From the NCBI RefSeq assembly GCF_963921235.1, contig NC_086118.1, positions 9,610,001 to 9,674,000 of the forward strand: DNA of 64,000 nt, read 5' to 3'. The translations under genes and the position numbers were made by a program. Numbering within the stretch: the first letter of the stretch is position 1; every line of letters begins with the position of its first letter. This document shows, piece by piece, positions 37,691 to 50,271 of the stretch. The stretch is from Mobula hypostoma. Taxonomy: Eukaryota. The notes beneath the pieces are model-generated. The model did not search any database. It was not told the DNA's origin and saw only the letters and a list, made by a program, of their open reading frames with translations.

Positions 37691-39934
37691 GAATGTTCCC
37701 ACAGTGGAAACTGTTAACTGTTATTTCTCATAGCAGTCTTCAGATTTTACTTGCTTTTTCATTAGCTTTTCTCTTGACTTACCAGCCATACAGTCATGTT
37801 GTTTCTGCTGCTCCCAGCTGTCCAGTAAACATTGGTTACACCCTATTCCCTTTTCCCAGTTCCCAACCCCTAACTTGCCTCTGCCTCAAATATGTTGCCG
37901 CCTTCCACACAAAATTCCCTTCCGTAAACTCTGACCAACACTGGTGTCCTGTCCAAAGTTGCATTTCGACTTTTCACTCATTGACTCAGTTCCCTGACAC
38001 CTGTTAGCAGGCCATAATTCTCTGCACAGGCCAAGGACAGAGGTGGAATATAAGAACCAAGAAATAAGGACATTCTGTCAAGCCTGCTCCACCATTCAGT
38101 AAGCTCCACATTCCTGTCTGTTCCCCATAATCTTTGACTCCAGTGTGGACCAAAACCTGTCAATTTCAGTCTTAAATCTATTCAGCAATTTAAGCTTTGA
38201 ATAGCAGATTTCCTGGATTCACCAGTCTACTCATCTTTGGTAAATGGTTGACTTTGTTACCGATATTATTCTCCATAAATGTAGTATCTCACCGTGAGTG
38301 GTAACCTCTCAGCATCTACTCTCCTTTTAATTTTGTATGTTCAAACAAGAAGGCATCTCATCCTCCTATTTTCTATTGAGTATGGGGCTATGGGGTTCAC
38401 CTTAATCAACTTCATAAGACTGCGACAGAGAGCCTGTCTCTAGCCTTAGGTCACACTGCAATAATTTTGCAGCCTTGAAGTAACACAAACACAGAGGGAA
38501 CTACAGTTACGTCTGTTAATACATAAATGCTTTATGTTTGCTGTTTGTTGAGCACTCCATTGGTCTGGTTGTCTGTTCACTTGTATGTGGTTTGTCTGTT
38601 CCAAATACATCACAGGAAAACCAAGGCGCTGCTTCTGGGCCGGTATCCTGCATGAGAAACTGCACGTGCATAGTGTGCAGAAGAGACATACAATGGACAA
38701 TTTGGGGGACGGGTTAGGGATAAAAGGTATAAACGGAGCTCGGGGTGGGGTTCCCAACTGTTCGTAGTGCCATGGACCCCTCTGATGTCCTAGATTGGAA
38801 GACCACATCATGAGAGCAGTCACAGCAGAGACAAAGAAACTGGGAGAAGGGGATATATTTTTACAGGAGACATTACGTATTTGTACAATGTTTAAGGTGT
38901 TTAATCTTTAATTCTATTCTGTAGAATGGCTCTGGCACTTAACTCTCTCCAATTACTTTGTGTAAATAGCATCCACTCTAAAACTTTATTACCAATCAGA
39001 CATCCCTGAAGATAAATGGCCCATATTAGCCATGCTTTAAATTGTCAGATTAAAGCATGTCATTTGACCATTGTCATTAATAACGATTATTTTATCAGTG
39101 AAATTGGACTACTGCCAGCTTTTCTAAGGCCGAAAATCATCATTTTTTCCAATTTAGTGACAATCTGATATATGATAAGAACCAAGTCTATGTTGTTTAA
39201 TTGATGCTATAATTAGGCAAATTAATTTTCAAACTGGCTGGCTATCATTCATATTGCAAAAATATATTTTTTCTGGAAATGAAACATACGGATAGGACAA
39301 AATATATTAAAATTGCGTCCATCACTTTCATCAATATTAAGAGTTGTCAGGAGTGATTTTGTCTCTGACCGTTAATACCTATCAGTGAGCTAATTTAAAA
39401 TTGGTTTAAATGAGGCAATTTGTGAAAGAGGGAAACTAATACAAATGTGGGATCAAGGCATTTTCAGTGATATTTAGCTTGTTGCAATTATAGACACGCT
39501 TTATTCTTCCTTAGAACATTTTACACCCGAAACTCTGGCACTATTTACTTGGTGTATGGCTTTTCAGTGTAAGTGGATTTGAAATGTTCGGAACATTGGC
39601 TACAGTTGTAGCTGTTCTAAAGTGCACTGAATCTGGGCAGAGCTAACCACTGGCTCATGTTGATCCTGCTCGGAAGAGGTTAGGATGTAAATGCTAGCCC
39701 AGAAATACTCCTACATGTAGTTAAACTAATCTATGGTAACCTAAACGAAAAGTGAACAATTGATGGTAACTTTTCAAACCACTTAGAACAACTGGGAATT
39801 TTGTCTGAAACATTGACATGCACTGAAGTAACTAAAAACAAGTCTTTTCTCTTCTGCATACATTCTGCAAGTTGCTTTTAGTACGCTGAGGCAGGGAATG
39901 TTTTAGCTGCTCCTGGATCAAGCCTTGGCTATTC

Positions 39935-40495
39935 AAGTCATAGAATCAGCAAGGGAACAGGTTCTTCAGTGCAACTGGTCTATACCAATCAAGATGGCCG
40001 TCCAAGTTTGTTCCATTTGCTGAGTTTGGCCTGTATCCTTCTAATTTTTCCTATTCCAGTACTTGTCTACATGTCTCTTAAGTATTGTTGTTGTACCTGC
40101 CTCAGCCATTTCCTCTGGCAGATGGTTCACAGCACCTTCTGCATGAAAGAGTTGCCCCCTCGCACCCTTTAAGTCATGTTAAGCCTATGTCCTCAAGTTC
40201 TTAGTTTCCCTTCCATGGAAAAAGGGCTGAGTGTATTCACCGTATATATGCTCCTTGAGATTTTACACACCACTGCGAGTTTACTCTTCAGTGTCTGATG
40301 CTCCAAGGATCAAAATCCTAACCTGTTCAGTCTCTCCTACAATCCAGGCAACATCCTCATTAATCTTTTTTACACTCTTTCCATCTTATTTACATCTTTC
40401 CTATAACAGGGTAACTATCTCTGTGCACAGTACTCCAGGTGCAACCCCATCAGCATTTTGTACACATCCATAACACCTTCTAGTTTTGTATTCAA
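39935..40495 (-). mobile_element. CR1 LINE 3' fragment, decayed
   Basis: Antisense HLEYC (gcacagtactccaggtg) and CR1 3' UTR. Confidence 0.7.
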
Positions 40496-40609
40496 AGTTC
40501 TGAATACAAAAGTTCAAAACAAACATTGAGAGGCCCAGAGTTTCTTGAACACAATTGCTAACACAAACACCCAGAGCATCTTTTCATCAGCTGGTCAATT
40601 TGCACATTA

Positions 40610-41403
40610 TACTGACAACAATTTTTTTTGAAAGCATTCCTCAAAAATGCTGTTTATGATAGACTGCTTGAAGTTGAACACAAATATAATTTCAGACTAC
40701 TTGTATCATGTAGGAATTTGGAGAAACAAGAAATTAACTTTTATTGAATATAATGTGTTTAATTGCATAACGGTACCGATTCTTTGCAAATAGTTCAACT
40801 GAGATAAAAATGTTTTGTTGGTGATTTTCATCTGTACTCAGTGTCTGAAGCTTCACACATGTGTCCAACAATAATCAGCTAGAATTGATGAATTCCAGAT
40901 GCCCCGATACCATTCCTCCATGACCTCAATGATCTGGTGAAGCCTTTCACCATGCTTGCCACTGACAATGGCAAGATTTGCAGGAAAGAAGTATAAATGG
41001 GAATGCAGAAAATGAATCTTTAGTGGCATGTTGCACTTCATGGTTTTGTATGCTTGAAGCATGTTGTCAACCAGCTGCACATAGTTTGGTGCTCTGTAGT
41101 TGCCAAAAAAATTTTCAACAACATCCTTGAATGCCTTCCATGCGATTTTCTCCGGTCCCACTAGAGGTTCTTGGAATTGCCTGTTATTGATGACGTGTTT
41201 CACTTGTGGACCAACAAAAATGCCTTCTTTAATCTTGGCATCAGTTATTCGGATTTGAATTATGAATTGAAACAACAAATATAGATTATTTCAAAAAATA
41301 TTGCATGACTGGGAAATTTCATGGTGATTTTCATGATCAGCAGCCCAAAATCCATAAGATACACCCAAATGTATTCAAGAAGCCAAGTCTTTGTTGTCCA
41401 GTG
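40610..41403 (-). mobile_element. Internally deleted Chapaev3-like (CMC superfamily) DNA transposon
   Basis: ORF 40853-41278: AKIKEGIFVGPQ, KIHFLHSHL.FFP.NL, HGERLHQ, LADYCW. Termini tactg-acaacaa and ttgttgtccagtg; TTA at 40607-40609 and 41404-41406. Confidence 0.8.
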
Positions 41404-42904
41404 TTATTTTTCTCCTCCTGCTTGGTCCACTGACTTGACACTTCTTACTGTTGATGGAAAGGGTGTTATCTTGTGATTATGTAGTTTTAGGGAGCATATA
41501 CTTGATTGATGTACTGAAGCCAATACTCCAACAATGTAATGTAAAATTACCCCTCACTCTATTTTATTATTCATAATATATCTCAAAGTGAACCCTTTGA
41601 GTATTGAGTGCTCTTTCCAGTCTTCAAAATATGGAGATTTTCTGAGCAATGATTTCAATGATTTCATGCAAATTCTCCAGATGTTACATATTTATAAATC
41701 CTTCTCTCTGTGACATTTTCCAATCTATTTTTCTTTTCAACCTGATATTTCATTCTCCACCAATGTCAAAAGCACATTGATACTGCATGGGCATTGAATA
41801 AAGATGTGGATCCAGTCTCTTTGGAAAGGTCTGGAGTTCTGGTACTGAATAAAGCTTAGGAACTTGGTAAGCTAAGTTAATCACCGCACACCAGGCTCTT
41901 CACCTCTCTCTTTGCCACTTTGTGTTCATTTCTTAAAGGCGTTATCTTTTGTTGGGATGAATTCCATATCAAATAATTAACTTTTGGTACGATACCTAAG
42001 CTATTTATCCTAATATTTATTAAGGGGATTTAACAATATAATGAGGCCAGAATGCTGCTGGTTATACCAGGTCTATTCATCGCCATGTAGTCCACTTTTA
42101 AGAGGTTACTGAGCTAGATATAAGACTTAATGAAGCATGTGTGGAAAATGAGGTGGTTCAGTCTATTGTGCCTTTAGTGGATCTTTGAGAAAGGTTGCCA
42201 AGAATATCAAAATCCTGGTCACTTACCAAGCATATCATACTTGAAAATTACTATTGAATCTGCATCCAACATTCTAGCAGGCTGTGCATGACAGAATATT
42301 ACATCTAATTGCTAAAAAAAAATCCAATTTTTTTCTTCCGCTTCTTTTGCCAGTTCTCTTGAAACTGCATTCTCTGTGGGACTTCCCTCCTTGTAGAATG
42401 AGTAGGTTACTGTTTTCAAAACCCTCATAATTACTAACACTATTAAATCTCATCTTAACTTTGTCTCCCGTAAAGAAAACAATCCCAATTTCTTCTTTCT
42501 GCACATGTAAAATGCCATTTTTCTCAAACCTCTGGTACATTTACTCTAAAGTCTTAAACAGAGTAGAAAATATGGATCAAAAAACTACTGCCACAAATAT
42601 GAATCATTCTGGTTTATAGCTGACTAATGAAGTTAAAGTTTATAAGTTTAAAGTTTATTAGTATACTGTTTATGATACAACTAAGCACATACCTGAAGTA
42701 ATTGTTTTGACAAGTGATAAGCCCATTTGTCCCAGGAGTGTACTAAATGCATTAAATGTGCTTTGCTTCTCTCCATTCTTTTGATTTGTGATGTCCTAAG
42801 CATGTCCACAATCTTTTGTGTATACTTTGATCTTGACAATCCATTGAAACTTCAAACCTGTATGTATTTTAGTAATAGCAAAAGATCAATGTGTCCTTTG
42901 GTGG

Positions 42905-43365
42905 TTATCCGTCATATCCAACGATGACGGGAAACCTGTGCGGGAGGGTTTTTAAAGTGGAAGAGCCAATGCACTAGGGCAGTTGACCTCAGAAGTCCAA
43001 GCCCAGTGGTATGAACTTCCTTGGTTGCAGTGGATGACCATGACATCTTCTGTGCTTTGTCATGCCCTTCACTCTCCACAGAGCATTGCAGTAGCACGTT
43101 CCTGGCCGTTAGACATCACGGTAGGTCTCACCCGCACAGTCCGCCAGAGCTGACTTCACATACTGGGACAGGCATGCCCCTATCTCACCAGGGTGTGAGG
43201 CCATCAGCTACCCTCACCTGATTTAGCCCACTTGTCAAGGCGGTGTACCAGGGTGTGGCCACCATCGCATGCAGACAGCTACTTGGAGCCACAGGTGAGA
43301 GCTGAGCATTCAGTGGGGACCAAACGAAAAGTCCCTTCACCAGAGGTGCTGTCCTGGAAGGGGCC
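42905..43365. repeat. GC-rich interspersed repeat, unassigned (possibly RTE-related)
   Basis: Sharp compositional island with a terminal 7-bp stem ccgtcat/atgacgg; family not securely recognised. Confidence 0.35.
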
Positions 43366-43801
43366 CCAATGTGTTCTGTAATATCCAGAAAATATAGAAG
43401 GTGGTGTGGACCGAACAAAGATAGCAACGCTGATTAAAATGCATCAATTCTTTGTATTAATTACTAGTGATCAAAGTATTCATCACCAATTTTAATGGTG
43501 CATGCTGTTAAAAGATAGCAGAGCTTAATAGATAGGAGACAGATTAATTAGATAAATGTGCATGAATAACTGAGGATATCTTACCTGTACGGAGAGCGGT
43601 ATATTAATCCTCTTTGAAGCATACTGATGTTGGCAGACGATGGATCGACCTAATGAATGTAAATGTATTAATCAATGAAACAATTTGTTTTGCTGAGCAT
43701 CAATAAACTGATGAAGAACTGATACATGTTGTTAATTCACTGCAGTCAATGGATCCGGAAATATGAACAAGAAATAGCTGTTCTCTGTCCTTATCTCATA
43801 G

Positions 43802-43961
43802 GTATGCGGATACTGGTGACCCTGCTGCTGGACACTTTGCCTATGTTAGGCAACGTACTTCTCCTCTGTTTCTTTGTCTTCTTTATTTTTGGCATTGTCG
43901 GGGTCCAGCTGTGGGCAGGACTACTACGAAACAGGTGCTTTCTTGAAGAAAACTTTACAAT
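43802..43961 (+). CDS. CACNA1G: T-type calcium channel coding exon (about exon 5): S4-S5 linker, IS5 and start of turret
   Basis: 160 bp, flanked by ctcatag and gtaagt. Reads (S)[52 protein letters not shown](I). The phase joins the previous exon (A+GT=Ser). Confidence 0.96.
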
Positions 43962-44020
43962 GTAAGTATGTCTGAATCTGGTTGGATTGATTATTTGCAC
44001 AATAGAAGGAGGAATTCCCA

Positions 44021-44283
44021 GGATGGCATGGTAGCATAGTGGTTAGCACAACACTTTTCCCACCGCTGTCTGTAAGGAGTTTGTACATTCTGCTCGTGAC
44101 TGCCCTGGTTTCTTCCGGCTGCTCCGATTTCCTTCCATAGTCCAAAGACCTACCAGTTGATAGGTTAATTGGTCATTGTGAATTGTCCTGTAATTAGGCT
44201 CAGTTTAAATCAGGGAATTGCTGGGCAGCGTGGCTCGAAGGGTTGGAAGAGCCTGTTCCACATTGAGTAATAAATAAAATAAT
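44021..44283 (+). mobile_element. V-domain SINE (HE1-like)
   Basis: A box gtagcatagtggttagc, V core, aataaa tail. Confidence 0.8.
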
Positions 44284-44449
44284 ACATGCAAATGTGAATA
44301 TGATACAAATAATCTTAAATCTGAATCTAGTACAGTGTGTTATATGGGACAGGATAGCTTTACTGTAAAAACGAATCGGATGAATTTTTAAGCCTGCAAC
44401 ATGAGTGACTTCAATGCCATCCTCACCCCACAGCATGCTTTCAGTGCAA

Positions 44450-45135
44450 CAGAACAACACAAGGAAAGGGGAGCAGAAGTAGGCACCAGGCCCTTCAAGC
44501 CTCCCCCAGCTTTTAATGTGATCATGCCTGCTGTGCTCTGGGTTTCAACTCTGCTTCCTTTCTGTGCCATTTCTTCATATTTACCCACCTTCATTTTAAA
44601 TACTTTCAGTGATTCAGCTTCCACCACTGACTGGGGCAGAGAATGCCAGAGATTCACCTCTTGGAGTAGAAATTTCTACATACAGCAGTTTTAAATTATG
44701 AACCCTAAGGTGTAGTGATATTCCCTTTTTCAACACTCTCCCGCAAGTGAAAGCATCCCAACGCCTGTCTAGTCAGGACTTCTTGGAATATTATATGTTT
44801 AAATAAAGTCACCCCTAATTCTTCTGAATGCCAAGAATGTGGGCCCAAATTATTTCATCTTTCTTTGTAGGACAAGTCTCTAATCCCAGGAATTAGCCCG
44901 GTAGATCGTCTTCATACAGACTCCAATCTTGTTATATCAGTTTTTGTAAGATGATCAAAACTGCATTACATCTGAGATCTCGCCAAAACCCCTGAAAAAT
45001 TGAAACAAATGCTCTCTATTTTTCAACCCAGCCCTTTGCAACGTACTCCAAAATGCAGCTTGTCTTCTTAATTATTTGTTAGCCCTGCTTCCTAGCTATT
45101 TATGATTAATGCACTAGAACACTTCGATTCCTCTC
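44450..45135 (-). mobile_element. CR1 LINE 3' fragment, decayed
   Basis: NLWHSLPQSVVEAESLKVFK. Confidence 0.75.
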
Positions 45136-46557
45136 TACAGCTGGTACTAGTCAGCAGAAACATCTACCCAGCACCTATGCTATCAAGTTTTTCATAAATA
45201 ATTTTGTCAGTAGCCCTTTATGAATTTTGTGAGACTTGACTTTCAAGAAGTTACATGAGCCTTAGCATTTCATTCAATTGTGTAGCACTCCCTTAGCGGT
45301 ATGGTCTATTGTCAATGCCCAAGTCTCTGACATAACATGCCACTGAGGGAGTTAGTATATTCTAATGCCAACAAATCCTGAAAACTGTTTGAACATCTGG
45401 AAAGGAAGATTGATGGTTGAGGACTTTTTCTTCTTCTATCTGAAGTACTTCAGTCTCAGACAGCAGTAGCAGAGTTAATTTTCCCATTTCTGCTGCCTCT
45501 GACTTTTTATGAAATATAATATATGCATTAAAATTGTTGCAACTTAATTGATTAACTTAGAAGTGGAAAGATGGCTGCAGGTGGACATGAAGATTAAATG
45601 TGGTTTCAACCCTGGAGTCAGTAGGCTGGATTTTCACTCTACAATGCAATAATATTTGAATTTCTGCAAGATCTGTATTGATACCTCTGTCCCATATGTG
45701 AATTAAGTGACTTCTTTATTATATTAACTCTCAGATCTGCTTGCTCAGTCTCAGTAGTGCTGAGTTAAAATTTTAAAAAGCTTTCATTTATGCAACCTGC
45801 TTGAATTACTTCAAAAGCATTTTCCACTGAATCAAGTTATTAACATGCATTCATTAGGTACGTGGGAATTCCGGCAGTTAATTTGTGCATTATTAAGTGG
45901 GGCGGGGGGCGGAAACATGGTATTATGACAATAAAAACACAGTCTATTTAATGAATTGGGAAGAGAGACATATTAGTAAGGACACTGGGGCGATCTTTGA
46001 AACGGTATCTCAAAATAATTTACATCCATCTGAGAAGCTGGGGGCATTGCGCTTCACCCGTGATAATGTAGCTTTAAGTCGGCACACAACCTTTGGATTC
46101 AAAACTGAGAGTGCTTATAACCTACCAACACTGGCCATGAAAGATACATTTTCTTTTCGCCATTTTGTGCTGAGACACCTCAGAACCCCTTCCAGCACTA
46201 CCAACAGGAATACCTTTGGATCTGCGTCAACTTTTGTGGTACCCTGCTGATAGCAGAGAATGCCTTGGGTTCCCTGAATCCATTTTGAACTCCTCAGGCA
46301 CGAGAACCCACCAATTTCATAAATAAATCTTGTACGGTAAACAGCCTAGTCTGGATCAAGATTATACATCTGCTGAATAGGTGAAAATAGAAAGTAATTA
46401 GAATTTTAAGGTGGATAATTGGAGGCGTGGAACTGTTGAAGTAAAACAGAGCTTTAGAAATTAAAATTAAGTTCAGTACATTTAAACAAATTTTAAAGCC
46501 ATAGGTTTGATTTATCACTTACAATAGAACAGCTCAACTCCCCAAAAAAACCTTGGA

Positions 46558-46790
46558 ACACAAAGACGAGAAAATTTGCAGGTGCTGGAAATCAAAGCAA
46601 CACACACAAAATGCTGGAGGAACTCAGGAGGCCAGGCAGCATCTATGGAAAAGAGTAAACAGTCGACATATCAGGCTGAGACCCTTCATCAGGAGTGATG
46701 AAGAGTCTCGGCCTGAAAAGGTTAAGTGTTTACCCTTTTTCACAGATGCTACCAGGCCTACTGTGTTCCTCCAGCATTTTGAGTGTGTTC
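46558..46790. mobile_element. Penelope-derived fold-back element with two head-to-head degenerate hammerhead motifs
   Basis: acacacaaaatgctggaggaac..cagtcgacatatcaggctgagacccttcatcagg, then gtgatgaagagtctcggcctgaaa..ttcctccagcattttgagtgtgtt. Confidence 0.8.
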
Positions 46791-47779
46791 CCATAGTTGG
46801 AGGAACGTTCTTTTGCCGTGCCGTGGAGCAGAGGATGCCATCCGAGTCTCCCACTTAATAGAGTAAAGCAGTTCACATATAGCACTCCTTGTGAAACTGA
46901 AGCTATTAGCTTGTAGTGGGAGTGAAGATATTACCTTTAGTGGGGAAAAGTTTTAAAAATGCCCACTTTGTTATCTGCTCAGCTGTGCCTCATTGGTAAC
47001 ACTCTCAGTCCTGAACCTCAAAGTTGTTTCTTCAGAATCTTTCACAGATGTCCCAGATTGACTAACTGCATTCTAGCCAGAAGCTATAGTTCAGATGGAA
47101 CACTCACCCCTAAGCTTCATTTTCCAGAAAATCTTGCAGCCAAAAAGAGCATATATTGTAGTAAGTTCAACATCCTTCACCAAGTTAAAATGTATTCCTC
47201 AGTCCTAAGGCCTGATGGTCAGTCAGCTTGTGGATGGTTACAAGAGCAAGCAGGAATACCAGGAAGCCTAAGGTACACAGAAATAAAAAAAAATGCGATA
47301 TACCAAGATTCATTTGTGCCAAATCAAACAAGTCAATAGAGATTCATAGCTAATGGTTTCTCCAGTGATGTTTTACTGAAATCACAACACAATAGCTAGA
47401 GATCTATGTTTATTTATAAATTTCTGTTAAAACAATTCTGTGTGGGAGACCAGTGCCAATTCTATGTAGACTCACAGAAAATGTTATCTTTATACTGCTT
47501 ATAATCCCAGGCCTTGGATGATATGCAGGACGTACGTGGTAGAAGTGCAAACTCTGCTCCACCATATCTTCTCATGGCTGTTATCCTCAATGGGAACTGC
47601 CACTGAAAATTAGGGACTATTTGGGACAGCATTTCTTTTAGGCTGTGGGTAAAGACTGAGAGTAGATAGCTCAAGACTTTGTTAGATGATGAGGCCCAGA
47701 GGTTAGACGTTAAGTGTAAAGAATTCTTAACCTGGTACAAGATGCCATGGGAATCATAACAAGTATTGCTTACCTTGCT

Positions 47780-48930
47780 TCACAGAACAGTACAGCAGAG
47801 GAACAGTCCTTTCAGCCTGCACCAACTATGATGCCAATCCAAGTAATCCCAACTATCCATATCCAGTCATTCCTGGACCGTGTCTGTCTGAATTCTGTTC
47901 AATGTTACTATTGTATCTGATTCTACCAATTGGCAACACAATCCAGGAACCTACCATTCTCTGTATATTAAAAACAAACTTACACATCCCTTTTAAACCA
48001 TCCCTCTCTTTTCTTATATTTATGCTCTTTAGTACTTCACACTTGTACCCTGTGAAAAAGACTATCTGTACTTCTCATAATTTTATAAACTTCTATCAGA
48101 TCGCTCCTTGGCCTCTGATGCTCCAGAGAAAGCAATCCAAGTTTGTCCAACACACACACAAACGTAAGAGTTTCTGCAGAAATCTTGAGCAACACACACA
48201 CACACAAAATGCTGGAGGAACTCAGCAAGTCAGACAGCATTTATGGAGGGCAATAAACAGTCGACATTTCAGCCTGAGGCCCTTTCAGCCTGACGAAGGG
48301 TCTCGGCTCGAAACATCAACTGTGCTTCTTCCTATGGATGCTGTCTGGCCTGCTGCGTTCCACCAGCATTTTGTGTGTGTTGCTTGAATTTCCAGCATCT
48401 GCAGATTTCCTCATGTTTGCCCTTCATCAAGACAGATTTGTCCAACCTCTCCTTATACTTGCTGCAATCTAGGCAACAGCTTGGTGAACTTCTCCAGCAA
48501 CCCCTCTGCACCCTCTTCATAGTGTGACAACCAGCAATGCAAACAATACTCCAGATGTGCTTTAACCAAAGTTTTATACAGCTGCACCATGACAACAACT
48601 TTTATATTCAGTGCTCTGACTGGTAAAGACAAGTAAGTTATACACTCTCTTTACCACCCTATCCACTTGCATTGCCACTTTCAGGAAGCTAGGGATCTGC
48701 ATCCCAAGATTCCTTTGTACGTCAAAGCTCCTGAGTCCTGCCAAACAATGTACACGTTCTTCTTGCATTTGACCTCCCAAAATCACCACCTCATACTTAC
48801 CCATGTTAAACTCCATCTATCTGTTCCTCACACAACTTTTTAGCTGATCTATACCCTGCTAGATCCTTCAACTCTCCTCACAAACCACAGTGGCACCAAT
48901 TTTCTTCTTTGTAAACTTGCTCACCAGACT
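47780..48930 (-). mobile_element. CR1 LINE 3' region, interrupted at 48152-48436
   Basis: MEFNMGKYEV, DLIEVYKIMR. Confidence 0.8.
48152..48436. mobile_element. Penelope-derived fold-back element with hammerhead-like motif (48286-48322, +)
   Basis: Inverted arms over about 100 bp; CTGACGA agggtctcggctc GAAA catc aactg; 10-bp TSD tttgtccaac at 48142-48151 and 48437-48446. Confidence 0.85.
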
Positions 48931-48931
48931 A

Positions 48932-49293
48932 TTCATTCATTCATTATGTGCCATGTTGTATGACATGGGCGATCGTAGTCTTGACCATGATTGTTCTTGG
49001 CAAATGTTTCTACAGAGTGCCTTCTTTTGGGCAGTGTCTTCCGGGTGACCCCAGCCATCATCCATATTCTTCAGAGACTGTCTGCCTGGCATAAGTGCTT
49101 GCCTAACCAGTACTTGCGATACTCACCAGCTGCTCATATGACCATCCACTACCTGCTCCCATGGCTTCAGGTGACCCTGATCGAGGGATTAAGCAGGTGC
49201 TACACCTTGTCCAAGGATGACCTGTAGGCCAGCGGAGGGAAGAAGTGCCTTACACTTACTTTGGTAGAGACATAATTCCACCCCACCATCCAA
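48932..49293 (-). mobile_element. RTE-related SINE-like element
   Basis: Inverted homolog of 50272-50600; (ttca)n tail. Confidence 0.65.
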
Positions 49294-49905
49294 GCTAATC
49301 AGACCATTTAAACATTAACGATCAGCATCATTTACATCAGCATAAACTGGGTGCATTTGGGAATGATAAAGCTTCAAAACTGCTGGTAGTATGCATCCAC
49401 AGTCAAAGTTTCTTCTCCCAAAGTATCGGAGAGGATCACTGGCCCAGTTAAGTTTCAGGATTGCTGCCAATCACAGGACACTCAGAAGTAAGCCCAAATC
49501 TGACGTCTGAACACCCTGAGCTAATGGCCGAGGCATGAACTTGCTTCCTGTCATTCAGCAATCCAATGATGCTAGCTCCACTGGAACAGTGAATCTCACC
49601 CATTTGGCTATCTTCCGATACAAAAGCTCATAAGTGACAGCATTTACGTCCATGGGTCCAGGAAGGTGATAATAGAAATCATCTGGTGCTTTCAAAAGAA
49701 CAGGCCCATTGCAGCTTGTTGTGCAGAACTGTATATCACAAAGTTATATATGTCAAGAAATGGTTCACATGATGTCATAGAGTAATGTGCAATGCAGTTA
49801 AATTTCTAAGAAAAGTAAGGTGCAATTTAGGATTGTAAAGCCACAATATTCCTACTGGGTCCTGTGAGTCACTTACATGCAGACATGCAATAACATGAGG
49901 AATAC

Positions 49906-50255
49906 AACAACACACACAAAATGCTGGTGGAACGCTGCAGGCCAGGCAGCATCTATAGGAAGAAGTACAGTCGACGTTTTGGGCCGAGACCCGTCGTTAG
50001 GACTAACTGAAAGAAGACATAGTAAGAGATTTGAAAGGGGGAGGGGGAGGGGCAGATCTGAAACAATAGGAGAAGACAGGAGGGGGAGGGATGAAGCTAA
50101 GATCTGGAAAGTAGATTGGCAAAAGGGATACAAGCTGGAGAAGGGGGAGGATCATGGGATGGGAGGCCTAGGGAGAAAAAAGGAGGAGGGGAGCAGGGAA
50201 GGACTGATTGTGAAAGGGAAAGGGAGAGAAAAAAGAGGGAGGAAAAAAAGGGGGA
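49906..50255 (-). mobile_element. Penelope-like 3' end, same subfamily as 7131-7552, hammerhead core mutated
   Basis: Reverse complement matches about 7230-7552; motif reads CTAACGA..AAAAcgtcgactg. Confidence 0.85.
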
Positions 50256-50271
50256 CCTACTTTTTTTCTGT

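Noticed and set aside
43726-43801. N-terminal extensions of ORF-track entries 43726-43965 and 50756-51088
   Set aside because: These are intronic read-through; channel homology starts at the AG acceptors
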